From assembly GCA_902588745.1 (NCBI GenBank), contig CACIQI010000001.1, positions 13,924-77,923 of the forward strand: 64,000 nt of DNA, given 5' to 3'. The notes under the pieces were generated by a model, which searched no databases, was not told where the DNA came from, and saw only the letters and a list, made by a program, of their open reading frames with translations. The stretch is from an uncultured Alphaproteobacteria bacterium. GTDB lineage: Bacteria; Pseudomonadota; Alphaproteobacteria; HIMB59; GCA-002718135. Both the position numbers and the translations under genes were made by a program. Below, piece after piece: positions 54,964 to 64,000 of this stretch; within the stretch, counting starts at the first letter, position 1, and the number at the start of each line of letters is the position of its first letter.

Positions 54964-55008
54964 TATTCTTATGTATAATAAATTAAAATATTTTGGACCA
55001 TTAATAAT

Positions 55009-55085
55009 TGGTAGCGGAGGAGGGATTTGAACCCCCGACATCACGAATATGAGCCGTGCGCTCTGACCAACTGAGCTACTCCGCC
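55009..55085 (-). tRNA. tRNA with CAU anticodon (elongator Met or lysidine-dependent Ile2; not resolved)
   Basis: The reverse complement reads GGCGGAGTAGCTCAGTTGGTCAGAGCGCACGGCTCATATTCGTGATGTCGGGGGTTCAAATCCCTCCTCCGCTACCA. It forms a 77-nt cloverleaf with the loop CTCATAT and an encoded CCA. Position 1-72 is a G-U wobble. Confidence 0.85.
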
Positions 55086-55097
55086 AAAAATCAGTTT

Positions 55098-55433
55098 TTA
55101 AATACTAAAAGACTCTCCACATCCGCAAGTATTTTTTTCATTTGGATTATCAAAAACAAATCTTGAGGCCAGTTTATCTGTTCTAAAATCCATTACAGAT
55201 CCTAATAAAAACATCGTAGCTTTTGGATCTATTAAAATTTTTACTCCATCATGATCAATAGATTCATAATTTTTTAAATCAGATGAATTTCCAAAATCTA
55301 ATTTGTAAGAATAACCACTACAACCTGATTTATCTATACCAATTACTAGAGAGTCAATTCCATCAGGAGCATTAGATAAAATTTTCTTTAACTGAGCAGA
55401 TGCATTCATAGTTATAGATAATAAATTATTCAT
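55098..55433 (-). CDS. A-type Fe-S cluster carrier (IscA/SufA/ErpA, HesB family)
   Basis: 111 aa with GCSGYSY and the C-terminal CGCGESFSI. Confidence 0.85.
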   Translation of the reverse strand: MNNLLSITMNASAQLKKILSNAPDGIDSLVIGIDKSGCSGYSYKLDFGNSSDLKNYESIDHDGVKILIDPKATMFLLGSVMDFRTDKLASRFVFDNPNEKNTCGCGESFSI

Positions 55434-55452
55434 ATCTACTCTATAAATTAAT

Positions 55453-55839
55453 TTAAAAGATATCTAAAGCAAGTTTTGCTTCTTCTGACATCAAATCTTT
55501 ATGCCACTTTGGATCCCAAACTAAGGAAACCTCAATAGAACTTAAGTTTGATATATTTTCAATTGATTTTCCAACACTTTTAGGCATAGTTCCTGCTACA
55601 GGGCAATTAGGATTAGTTAAAGTCATTTTAATTTTAACATCATTATTATCATTTATTAATATTTCGTATATCAATCCCAAATCATATAAATTAACAGGTA
55701 TTTCAGGATCCATAACTGTCTTTATACATTCAATTACTTCTTCTTCTTTAATTTTACTTACAGTATCTAAATTATTAAAATTTTTTTTGTAGCTTGAATT
55801 TTTATTTGGCAAAAAATCTTCTAATTTTTTTTCTTCCAT
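55453..55839 (-). CDS. sufT: SUF-associated Fe-S assembly protein, DUF59/SufT type
   Basis: 128 aa with VMDPEIPVNLYDLGLIY and NPNCPVAG. Confidence 0.75.
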   Translation of the reverse strand: MEEKKLEDFLPNKNSSYKKNFNNLDTVSKIKEEEVIECIKTVMDPEIPVNLYDLGLIYEILINDNNDVKIKMTLTNPNCPVAGTMPKSVGKSIENISNLSSIEVSLVWDPKWHKDLMSEEAKLALDIF

Positions 55840-55841
55840 TC

Positions 55842-57038
55842 TTAAATTAATATTTTGGTTATTTCATCTAAACTATCAATTAAATAGTCTACATCATCTA
55901 TCGTGTTATATACTCCAAATGAAATTCTAGAAGTTCCTGTAACTTTTAAGTGTTTCATAAGAGGTTGACAGCAATGATGCCCAGTTCTTATTGCTATGTT
56001 TTTTTTATCTAGCATCGCACCTAAATCAGAATTATGTACCCCCTTAATATTAAAGGAAATAATTGCACCTTTGTTATTATTTGAACCATATATTTTTATA
56101 TTATTGAATTTTGAAAGTTTTTCATAAGCATAATCATGAAGATTCATTTCATGATCATAAATAACATTTGGATCAACTTCATCCATAAAATTTAATGAAG
56201 AAGAGAAACCGATAACTGGTGCTATAGGAGGAGTACCTGCCTCAAATTTTTCGTAACCATTTGCATATGTACTTTTATCAATATCTACATCATGAATCAT
56301 CTGTCCTCCCCCTTGGTAAGGAGTAAATTCATCTATCCACCTATCTTTCATATACAATATGCCAAGACCTGAAGGGCCATACATTTTGTGAGCAGAAAAA
56401 ACATAAAAATCAGGGTCTAATTCTTTTAGATCAACTTTTTTGTGGGGAGCAAATTGACAACCATCTAATAGAAGAGGTATTTTCTGTTTTCTTGCAATTT
56501 CTTTTATTTTATCAAAATTAGTTATTGATCCTGTAACATTCGACATGTGGGTTAATGTAATTAATCTAGTTTTTGAATTAATTTTATTATTTAATTCATC
56601 GTAATTAATTTCATCATTATCGTTTAATCCAAGAGGAATAATTTTTATCTTTTTTTCAATTAAATGCCAAGGTATCAAATTAGCATGATGCTCAAGATAA
56701 CTTAAGATTATTTCATCACCATCTTCTAAAAATCTTTTAGTCATACAAGATGCAATTAAATTTATACCCTCAGTAGCACTTTTAACAAAAATAATATTTT
56801 TTTCAGATGTATTTAAATAATCTGCAACTTTTTTTCGAGCATCTTCAAATTTTTTTGTTAACTTTGAACTTAATTCATAATTACCTCTATGAATATTTGC
56901 ATATTCATTTGTGTAACAATTATTGGTGGCTTTAATCATTTCATCAACTTTTAATGCTGAAGCTGCGGTATCTAAAAAAACTAGATTAGGATTTTTTTTG
57001 AATACGGGAAATCTTGATTTTAAATTTGAAATATTCAT
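55842..57038 (-). CDS. sufS: cysteine desulfurase, SufS type
   Basis: 398 aa with the PLP Lys in FSAHKMYGPSG and the catalytic Cys in RTGHHCCQPLM. Confidence 0.9.
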   Translation of the reverse strand: MNISNLKSRFPVFKKNPNLVFLDTAASALKVDEMIKATNNCYTNEYANIHRGNYELSSKLTKKFEDARKKVADYLNTSEKNIIFVKSATEGINLIASCMTKRFLEDGDEIILSYLEHHANLIPWHLIEKKIKIIPLGLNDNDEINYDELNNKINSKTRLITLTHMSNVTGSITNFDKIKEIARKQKIPLLLDGCQFAPHKKVDLKELDPDFYVFSAHKMYGPSGLGILYMKDRWIDEFTPYQGGGQMIHDVDIDKSTYANGYEKFEAGTPPIAPVIGFSSSLNFMDEVDPNVIYDHEMNLHDYAYEKLSKFNNIKIYGSNNNKGAIISFNIKGVHNSDLGAMLDKKNIAIRTGHHCCQPLMKHLKVTGTSRISFGVYNTIDDVDYLIDSLDEITKILI

Positions 57039-58261
57039 TTAATTTTACTTAAGTATCTTACTAGTTTCTTTTGTATTATTTCAGACATTTGTGCATTATC
57101 AATACTACTTAATTCTTCATTAATAAATGATGATATCAGTATTTTAGTTGCTGCAATTTTACTCATACCTCTAGAACGAAGATAAAAAATAGCATTTTCG
57201 TCTATAGGTCCAATAGTAGAGCCATGACTACATTTCACATCATCAGCATATATTTTTAATTCAGGTTTAGAAAAATATGATGCATTATCAGATAAAAGTA
57301 TCCCTTTGCTGAGTTGATATCCCTCTGTTTTTTGTGCCACTTGATCAACATAAGTATTACTAAAATATGTTGCTTTAGAACGATCATTCAAAATACCTTT
57401 GTAAACTTGATTACTTTTGCAATCTTCAGCTAAATGCTTAACAAAAGTTTTGTTGTTAGATGTGTTATTATCTTTTAGAAAAAATATTCCTTGTAGATCC
57501 GCTTCTGAGTTAGCTTCTATTAACTCAGAATAATGAAAATTTCTTACGTAGCCTTCTGAAAAATTATATACTTTTTGGGTGTAGGTAGAATCTTTTTTAC
57601 ATGAAGAATGAGATGTTATTATTAAATTATGATTGGGAGAATTGTCTTGAATTAGAAAATGATTTAGCTGAGAATTTTTTTCTAATTTAATTACATTTAA
57701 TATATTTGATGTAGAATTATTTTTATTTTCATATTCTTCAATAAGATTTAGGGATGATCCCTCTTCACAAATATAATTATTTTTTTGAAAAATAGTTAAA
57801 TTATCATCAGTTATAATGTTTGATATTTTAATTTTTATATTGTTATTTTTTTTTATAACAATCTTAAAACCGCTATTTAAAAATAATGAATTTAAATTTA
57901 CAAAATGATCATTATTTTCAATCGTATTATTTTTAGAAAAATCATTATAATCTTCATCCAAAATTTTAGTAATTTCAATTTTATCATCTTTAAAACTTGA
58001 ACACTGTCCATTTACAGAAACTATTGAGTAGCTATTTTCCTGATTATTGTTTATTACTGATGTTTCTTCAGAGATCAGATATCTATACTTAAAATCAATA
58101 AAATTTTTTAGATTAATATTTTTAAGACTTTCATTATTTTTTTTATTAAATCCATCATTTTCAAAAATATTTATTAATTTCTTTCTATGAGTTTGAATAT
58201 CTTTATTTTCTGAAAAAAAAATATTTTTTTTATTTTTTTGATAATTGTCTTGGATATTCAT
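57035..58261 (-). CDS. sufD: Fe-S cluster assembly protein SufD
   Basis: 408 aa with the C-terminal VKCSHGSTIGPIDENAIFYLRSRGM. It lies between sufC and sufS. Confidence 0.8.
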   Translation of the reverse strand: MNIQDNYQKNKKNIFFSENKDIQTHRKKLINIFENDGFNKKNNESLKNINLKNFIDFKYRYLISEETSVINNNQENSYSIVSVNGQCSSFKDDKIEITKILDEDYNDFSKNNTIENNDHFVNLNSLFLNSGFKIVIKKNNNIKIKISNIITDDNLTIFQKNNYICEEGSSLNLIEEYENKNNSTSNILNVIKLEKNSQLNHFLIQDNSPNHNLIITSHSSCKKDSTYTQKVYNFSEGYVRNFHYSELIEANSEADLQGIFFLKDNNTSNNKTFVKHLAEDCKSNQVYKGILNDRSKATYFSNTYVDQVAQKTEGYQLSKGILLSDNASYFSKPELKIYADDVKCSHGSTIGPIDENAIFYLRSRGMSKIAATKILISSFINEELSSIDNAQMSEIIQKKLVRYLSKIK

Positions 58262-59001
58262 TACTGAAATTTTTGAAATCCATCTTTTTCTATTTCAGCA
58301 GCAATTTCAGATCCTCCTGATTTAACAATAGAACCATTTACCATAACATGTACATAATCTGGTTTAATATAATCCAAAAGTTTTTGATAATGGGTAATAA
58401 TTAAAAATGAATTATCTTTTGTTTTAAGTTTATTTACTCCATCGGTAACGATTTTAAGAGCATCAATATCCAGACCTGAGTCTGTTTCATCTAAAATAGC
58501 TAAATCTGGATTAAGAATACTCATTTGTAAAATTTCGTAACGTTTTTTTTCACCTCCAGAGAAGCCTGTATTAACTGATCGTTTAAGCATATCAATATTA
58601 ATACCTAAATCACTAGCTTTAGATTTTAAAAGCTTAGCAAATGATAAATTATCAATTTCTTCTTCGTTCATACGTTTTCTTTTTGAATTAATTGCAGAGT
58701 GTAAAAATGGAGTGATATTTACTCCAGGTATTTCAACAGGATATTGAAAAGCTAAAAACATTCCTTCTTGTGCTCTTTCTTCGATATTTAAATCAAATAA
58801 ATCATTATCTTTGAAATTAATTCTGCCATTTAAAATTTCGTAATCTTCTTTACCTGCTAGAACGTTTGCTAACGTACTTTTACCAGATCCATTTGGACCC
58901 ATAATTGCGTGAACTTCACCTTTATTAATATTTAAGTTAAGACTTTTAAGAATATTTTTATTTTCAATTTTTACCGATAGGTCTTTAATTTCTAAAAACA
59001 T
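58261..59001 (-). CDS. sufC: Fe-S cluster assembly ATPase SufC
   Basis: 246 aa with Walker A GPNGSGKST, FSGGEKKR and LAILDETDSGLD. Confidence 0.92.
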   Translation of the reverse strand: MFLEIKDLSVKIENKNILKSLNLNINKGEVHAIMGPNGSGKSTLANVLAGKEDYEILNGRINFKDNDLFDLNIEERAQEGMFLAFQYPVEIPGVNITPFLHSAINSKRKRMNEEEIDNLSFAKLLKSKASDLGINIDMLKRSVNTGFSGGEKKRYEILQMSILNPDLAILDETDSGLDIDALKIVTDGVNKLKTKDNSFLIITHYQKLLDYIKPDYVHVMVNGSIVKSGGSEIAAEIEKDGFQKFQ

Positions 59002-59002
59002 A

Positions 59003-60454
59003 CTAACCTACACTTCCCTCGAGAGATATGGATACTAGTTTTTGTGCTTCAACAGCGAATTCCATAGGAAGTTCTTGCAAAACTTGTTTGCAGAAACCAT
59101 TGACTATTAATGAAACTGCCTCTTCATGACTTAAACCTCTTTGTCTGCAGTAATAAAGTTGATCTTCGTTTATTTTAGAGGTCGAAGCTTCGTGCTCAAT
59201 AACAGCTGTATTATTTTTTGAGTCAATATAAGGAACTGTGTGCGCCCCACATTGGTTTCCTACTAACAATGAATCACATTGAGTATAGTTTCTTGCTTTA
59301 TCAGCTTTCCTTAAAAAAGAAACTTCACCCCTATAAGTATTTTGTGACTTACCTAAAGAAATACCTTTTGATATAATTTTACTTTTGGTATTTTTCCCAA
59401 TATGAGTCATTTTTGTACCAGTATCAGCTTGTTGAAAATTGTTTGTTATTGCTACCGAGTAAAACTCGCCTATAGAATTATCTCCTTTTAAAATGCAGCT
59501 AGGATATTTCCATGTAATAGCTGATCCAGTCTCTACTTGTGTCCATGATATCTTACTATTTTTACCTGCACAAAGACCTCTTTTAGTAACAAAATTATAA
59601 ATACCACCTTTTCCATCTTCATCTCCCGGGTACCAATTCTGAACAGTTGAATATTTTATTTCCGCATCTTCTAGAGCGATTAATTCTACGTTTGCTGCAT
59701 GCAATTGGTTGTCGTCTCTTTTAGGAGCAGTACATCCTTCAAGATAGCTAACATAACTACCTTTATCAGCAATAATAAGAGTCCTCTCAAATTGCCCAGT
59801 ATTTTCCGCGTTAATTCTAAAATAAGTAGATAGTTCCATTGGACATTTTACGCCCTCTGGTATGTATACAAAAGATCCATCAGTAAAAACAGCTGAGTTT
59901 AATGCTGAAAAAGAGTGATCGCCAGGGGGTATAACAGAGCCTAAATATTTTTTTATTAAATCAGGATGTTTCTGAATAGCTTCACCAATTGAACAGAAAA
60001 TTATACCAAGCTTTTCTAATTCACCTTTGTAAGTTGTAGCAACCGAAACACTATCAAATACAACATCTACAGCAACACCTGCTAGAACTTTTTGCTCCTC
60101 TAGAGGAATACCTAATTTATTATATGTATCTATGAGTTTAGGATCAACTTCGCTTAGATCTTTAGGTTTCTTCTCGAAACCTTTTGGCGCTGAATAATAA
60201 TAAATATCTTGATAATCAATTTCAGGAAAACTAAGATTTGCCCATTTAGGTTCTTTCATTTTTTTCCATTTTGAATAAGCTTTTAGTCTCCAGTCCAGCA
60301 TCCACTCTGGCTCGTTCTTTTTTAGTGAAATAAATTTAATTGTATCTTCGTTTAATCCTTTTTTTGGCTTTTCATCATCAATTTCAGTTACAAAGCCATA
60401 TTTGTATTTATTTTTACTGTAGGAGTCTAACGTATTTAAAGTTTCTGAATTCAC
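59003..60454 (-). CDS. sufB: Fe-S cluster assembly scaffold SufB
   Basis: 483 aa with long runs typical of SufB ([37 protein letters not shown]). It apparently starts with GTG. Confidence 0.92.
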   Translation of the reverse strand: MNSETLNTLDSYSKNKYKYGFVTEIDDEKPKKGLNEDTIKFISLKKNEPEWMLDWRLKAYSKWKKMKEPKWANLSFPEIDYQDIYYYSAPKGFEKKPKDLSEVDPKLIDTYNKLGIPLEEQKVLAGVAVDVVFDSVSVATTYKGELEKLGIIFCSIGEAIQKHPDLIKKYLGSVIPPGDHSFSALNSAVFTDGSFVYIPEGVKCPMELSTYFRINAENTGQFERTLIIADKGSYVSYLEGCTAPKRDDNQLHAANVELIALEDAEIKYSTVQNWYPGDEDGKGGIYNFVTKRGLCAGKNSKISWTQVETGSAITWKYPSCILKGDNSIGEFYSVAITNNFQQADTGTKMTHIGKNTKSKIISKGISLGKSQNTYRGEVSFLRKADKARNYTQCDSLLVGNQCGAHTVPYIDSKNNTAVIEHEASTSKINEDQLYYCRQRGLSHEEAVSLIVNGFCKQVLQELPMEFAVEAQKLVSISLEGSVG

Positions 60455-60533
60455 ATTACTTCATCTAATTCATTAATTTAAAAAATCTAGTTATTTCAAC
60501 AAAAATTAACCAAATTTAGAATCTATTTTAAAT

Positions 60534-61628
60534 TTAAGCGGTTATCCAGCCACCGCCAAGTAATTGGTCATTTTTATAAAAAACACAAGCTTGTCCAGGA
60601 GAAGTTTTATCTAATTCTGTTTCAAAAGTAAAAGTGCCATAATCACTATTTATATCAAGAATTCCAGGGAGGTCTTCTTGAGTTGATCTTATTTTTGCTG
60701 AACAATCAAGTTTTTGAGGTAAAATGTTACCTCCCAACCAATTTATATTTTTAAAGTTAATTACATTTTTCCTCAATTTTTCTTTTGTACCTAGAGTTAT
60801 TGAGTTTTGGTTTTTATCTATATCAATTACATATAAAGCTTCTTTTGAACCACTAATACCAACACCTTTCCTCTGACCGATTGTATAATTACTTATTCCA
60901 TTATGAGTCCCAAGAATATTATTATCAATGTCATAGATTATTCCTTTTTTATTTACACTCGGATTTAAATTTTTGACCAGATCTCTATATGAGTCAGAAG
61001 TTACAAAACAAATATCTTGGCTATCAGGTTTGTCGCTAACATCGAGATCATATTTTTTAGCAAGTTGTCTAATTTCTAATTTTTTGTAATCGCCTAATGG
61101 AAACCTAACATAATTTAATTGATCTTGGAGTGTGGCAAAAAGAAAAAAACTTTGATCTTTTGTAAAATCTTTAGCTTTATGCAAACTTGCATTATTTAAA
61201 GAACCTTTTCTTATTGCATAATGACCTGTAGCAAGTGCATCAGCTCCAATTTTTTTTGCTTCACTAAGTAAATCTGTAAATTTTACTGTTTGATTACATT
61301 TAACACAAGGTAAAGGTGTTTCACCAGCAGAATAAGAATCAACAAAATTATTAATTACTCCATCAAAAAATTTATCTTGATAATCTAATACTATATGTTT
61401 GAAATCATTTTTTAGAGCAACTTTTCTTGCATCCTCAATGTCAGTACCTGCGCAACATGATTTACTCTTTGATACATCAGAATTATTATATAATTTAAGT
61501 GTAATACCAATTACGTCATAACCTTGTTTTTTAAGCATTACTGCTGCTACAGAACTATCTACACCGCCAGACATTGCTACTACTACTTTTGTGTCTTTTT
61601 CAGACTTATTAAAACCAAGAGAATTCAT
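60534..61628 (-). CDS. mnmA: tRNA 2-thiouridine(34) synthase
   Basis: 364 aa with the PP-loop VAMSGGVDSS, CCAGTD, PCVKCN and DSQDICF. Confidence 0.9.
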   Translation of the reverse strand: MNSLGFNKSEKDTKVVVAMSGGVDSSVAAVMLKKQGYDVIGITLKLYNNSDVSKSKSCCAGTDIEDARKVALKNDFKHIVLDYQDKFFDGVINNFVDSYSAGETPLPCVKCNQTVKFTDLLSEAKKIGADALATGHYAIRKGSLNNASLHKAKDFTKDQSFFLFATLQDQLNYVRFPLGDYKKLEIRQLAKKYDLDVSDKPDSQDICFVTSDSYRDLVKNLNPSVNKKGIIYDIDNNILGTHNGISNYTIGQRKGVGISGSKEALYVIDIDKNQNSITLGTKEKLRKNVINFKNINWLGGNILPQKLDCSAKIRSTQEDLPGILDINSDYGTFTFETELDKTSPGQACVFYKNDQLLGGGWITA

Positions 61629-61684
61629 ATATTTAAAACATCTATATTTACAAAATCATATAAGTTCAATATTAGCTTTATCAA

Positions 61685-62329
61685 ATGGTAGACTTATTAA
61701 TTCCTGGGCCTGAAGGTAAAATAGAGGCCAAATACTCACATAATAATAATAATGACTCACCAATAGTTATTTTATTACACCCAGATCCGTCAAGAGGTGG
61801 AACAATGCACACAAAAATAATATTTAAAATGTATAAAACTTTTATTAAAGCTGGTTTTTCTACGATAAGATTTAATTTTAGGGGTGTTGGAAAAAGTGAA
61901 GGTATATTTGATGATGGTGAAGGAGAGCTAAGCGATGCAGCCTGTATACTTGACTGGTTGCAACAATATAATACAAATTCTAAAATATGCTGGGTAGCTG
62001 GATTTTCATTTGGAGCATGGATAGCTATGCAACTTTTAATGAGAAGACCAGAAATAAATGGTTTTGTAAGTATTTCCCCTCCTGCAAATTTAAGAGATTT
62101 TAGTTTCTTAGCTCCATGTCCTTCTTCAGGTTTAATTATACACGGAGATAAAGATAATATTGCATCATTTGACTCTACAAAAATATTAGTTGAAAAACTA
62201 CAACAGCAAAAAAAAGTTGACATAAAATTTAAACCTATAAAGGGTGCAGATCATTTTTATGAAAACTATTCTGATGAATTTGAAAAATCAATTAATGACT
62301 ATATTAATGAAACATTAGAAACAAAATAA
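61685..62329 (+). CDS. alpha/beta-fold hydrolase
   Basis: 214 aa with LLHPDPSRGGTMH, the nucleophile elbow GFSFG and GDKDNI. I chose it over the fully overlapping low-complexity minus-strand ORF 61681-62223. Confidence 0.75.
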   Translation: MVDLLIPGPEGKIEAKYSHNNNNDSPIVILLHPDPSRGGTMHTKIIFKMYKTFIKAGFSTIRFNFRGVGKSEGIFDDGEGELSDAACILDWLQQYNTNSKICWVAGFSFGAWIAMQLLMRRPEINGFVSISPPANLRDFSFLAPCPSSGLIIHGDKDNIASFDSTKILVEKLQQQKKVDIKFKPIKGADHFYENYSDEFEKSINDYINETLETK

Positions 62330-62335
62330 TTAATA

Positions 62336-63574
62336 ATGAAATTTAAATCTGAATTTATTAATGAGATAAAAGAAAGAGGATTTATTTATCAAGATATTGA
62401 AATTGAAAATCTTGATAGCATTATTTTAAAGAATAAAATATCTGGATACATTGGTTTTGATATAACAAGTGATAGTCTGCATGTTGGTAGTTTGATTCAA
62501 TTAATGTTACTTCACTGGCTTGATTTTTATGGTCATCAATCAATAGCTTTAATTGGTGGCGGCACAACACTAATTGGAGATCCTTCAGGTAAAGATGAAA
62601 CAAGAAAAATATTAACAAAAGAAGAAATTGATAAGAACATTAAAAATATTGAACAAATATTCAGTAGATTTATTAACCTTAACAAAGACTCGTTAATAAT
62701 TAATAACTATGATTGGCTATCTAAATTAAATTATATAGATTTTTTAAGAGAGTTTGGATCAAAAATCACCTTAAATAGAATGTTAACATTTGAATCAGTA
62801 AAAAGTAGGTTAGATCGTGAACAACCATTAACAATATTAGAATTTAATTATATGCTATTACAAGCATATGACTTCTTCTATCTTAACAAGCATCATAATT
62901 GTATTCTGCAAATGGGAGGATCAGATCAATGGGGAAATATTTTGAGCGGTGTAGAGTTTATAAGAAAGATAAATAAAAAAAATGCTTTTGGCATTACATC
63001 TCCATTAATAACTAATAGTGATGGTACTAAAATGGGCAAAACAACTGATGGCGCTATATGGTTAAATAAAGACAAAATATCTAGTTTAGATTTCTTTCAA
63101 TTTTGGAGAAATGTTAATGATAATGATGTATCCAAATTTTTAAATTTATTCACTAAACTTCCATTAAGAGAAATAAAAAAACTCTCTGAACTCAAAAATG
63201 AAGAAATAAATGAAGCAAAAAAAATTCTAGCTTATGAAGTAACGAAAATTGTAAGAGGCAAAGAAGATGCTGATGAAGCTATTGAAATAGCTAGTAATGT
63301 TTTTAATTCAAATATTATGGATGACAGATTACCAAATATTTCTCAAGCAAAATCTAATTTAAAAAATGATGAATTTACGATTCTAGATGCAATTGAAAAA
63401 CTTGAACTTGTTAAAAGTAGAAGTGAGATTAAAAGATTAATAAAATCTGATGGTGTACGAGTAAATGATAAATTATACAAAAATAGTAGTATGTCTTTAG
63501 AAGAATACTCAGATCTCCAAGAAATTAAAATAGCAGTAGGAAAAAAGAAAATTGGGATATTAAAGATTAAATAA
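62336..63574 (+). CDS. tyrS: tyrosyl-tRNA synthetase
   Basis: 412 aa with the HIGH-type SLHVGSL, GGSDQWGN, the KMSKS-type KMGKT and a C-terminal S4-like domain. Confidence 0.92.
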   Translation: MKFKSEFINEIKERGFIYQDIEIENLDSIILKNKISGYIGFDITSDSLHVGSLIQLMLLHWLDFYGHQSIALIGGGTTLIGDPSGKDETRKILTKEEIDKNIKNIEQIFSRFINLNKDSLIINNYDWLSKLNYIDFLREFGSKITLNRMLTFESVKSRLDREQPLTILEFNYMLLQAYDFFYLNKHHNCILQMGGSDQWGNILSGVEFIRKINKKNAFGITSPLITNSDGTKMGKTTDGAIWLNKDKISSLDFFQFWRNVNDNDVSKFLNLFTKLPLREIKKLSELKNEEINEAKKILAYEVTKIVRGKEDADEAIEIASNVFNSNIMDDRLPNISQAKSNLKNDEFTILDAIEKLELVKSRSEIKRLIKSDGVRVNDKLYKNSSMSLEEYSDLQEIKIAVGKKKIGILKIK

Positions 63575-63579
63575 TTTAA

Positions 63580-64000
63580 TTACAAAGTAAGAGAGTTTTC
63601 TAAAAAATTGTTTATTTTACCATCTAAAACATCATTTACATTTGAAGTCTCATATCCTGTTCTTAGATCTTTTATTAGTTTATAAGGATGCAAAACATAT
63701 GATCTAATTTGATTTCCCCAGCCAATGTCCTTTTTTTCTTTGTTTTTAATATTTTCATTTTCTTTTCTTTTTTGAAGTTCAGCTTCGTAAATTCTAGATT
63801 TTATCATTTTCATAGCATTTGCTCTATTTTTATGCTGTGATCTATCACTTTGACATTGAACTACAATATTTGTTGGAAGATGGGTAATTCTTACTGCACT
63901 ATCAGTTTTGTTAACGTGCTGACCACCTGCGCCAGATGCCCTGTACGTATCAATTCGCAAATCATTATCATTAATTTCAATATCTATTTTATCATCTATT
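63580..64000 (-). CDS. prfB: peptide chain release factor 2 (partial; N-terminal part beyond window end)
   Basis: [21 protein letters not shown] (GGQ), [11 protein letters not shown] and [21 protein letters not shown] are RF2-like. The frame stays open to position 64000 (..[17 protein letters not shown]), so the track start at 63960 is not the real start. Confidence 0.9.
   Translation of the reverse strand, partial: IDDKIDIEINDNDLRIDTYRASGAGGQHVNKTDSAVRITHLPTNIVVQCQSDRSQHKNRANAMKMIKSRIYEAELQKRKENENIKNKEKKDIGWGNQIRSYVLHPYKLIKDLRTGYETSNVNDVLDGKINNFLENSLTL

Noticed and set aside
54964-55044. N-terminal 27 codons of track ORF 54127-55044 (MMSGVQIPPPLP...).
   Set aside because: This segment overlaps the tRNA gene at 55009-55085, and the Gly/Pro-rich peptide is simply the tRNA sequence translated. 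An internal ATG at 54961-54963 gives a sensible start.
60455-60533. Possible Fe-S or iron-responsive operator (Fur, IscR or RirA box) upstream of sufB.
   Set aside because: I could not identify a convincing palindrome or a match to consensus boxes by eye in this 79-nt AT-rich spacer.
61681-62223. 180-aa minus-strand ORF fully overlapping the alpha/beta hydrolase gene.
   Set aside because: It is Ser/Cys/Ile-rich low-complexity translation with no motifs. The plus-strand frame has clear hydrolase motifs (GFSFG) and fits the divergent arrangement with mnmA.
62421-62618. 65-aa minus-strand ORF inside tyrS.
   Set aside because: It is antisense to a highly confident housekeeping CDS.
63580-64000. 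Programmed +1 frameshift site of prfB.
   Set aside because: The frameshift site lies near codon ~25, outside this window, so it cannot be assessed.

Overview
The window is very AT-rich and tightly packed. Composition and gene content suggest a streamlined marine alphaproteobacterium (SAR11/Pelagibacterales-like), but this is inference only. Positions 1 to ~55,085 form one almost entirely minus-strand island for surface-glycan biosynthesis. It contains: dTDP-rhamnose genes (rfbA-C-D-B); a rhamnosyltransferase; a nonulosonic-acid (NeuB-type) module; PP-loop and AsnB-type amidotransferases; two nucleotide-sugar dehydrogenase homologs; a split transketolase; an NDP-heptose/higher-sugar module (transaldolase, GmhA, GmhB, domain-swapped HldE-like enzyme); two ThDP-enzyme paralogs, one fused to a cupin; four DegT-type aminotransferases; at least nine methyltransferases; many SDR epimerases/reductases; and a single fused ABC exporter. 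The island contains or ends at two tRNA(CAU) genes (52993-53069 and 55009-55085). Conserved housekeeping genes follow: sufA-like/sufT/sufS/sufD/sufC/sufB, mnmA, an alpha/beta hydrolase, tyrS and a partial prfB. I saw no rRNA, CRISPR array, transposase, integrase or recognisable defence system. The most interesting signals are listed here. (1) A cupin fused to a catalytically degenerate ThDP paralog is coupled to an intact ThDP enzyme and three aminotransferases. (2) A transaldolase-GmhB-GmhA block plus a swapped-order kinase/nucleotidyltransferase resembles an octose/heptose nucleotide pathway. (3) Canonical catalytic residues are lost repeatedly in island paralogs: AsnB without Cys1, a UDP-sugar dehydrogenase homolog with Cys to Asn, and two SDRs without the Tyr of YxxxK. 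(4) Two unassigned paralog families are probably the missing glycosyltransferases. All functional calls rest on motif recognition by eye. No database search was run.
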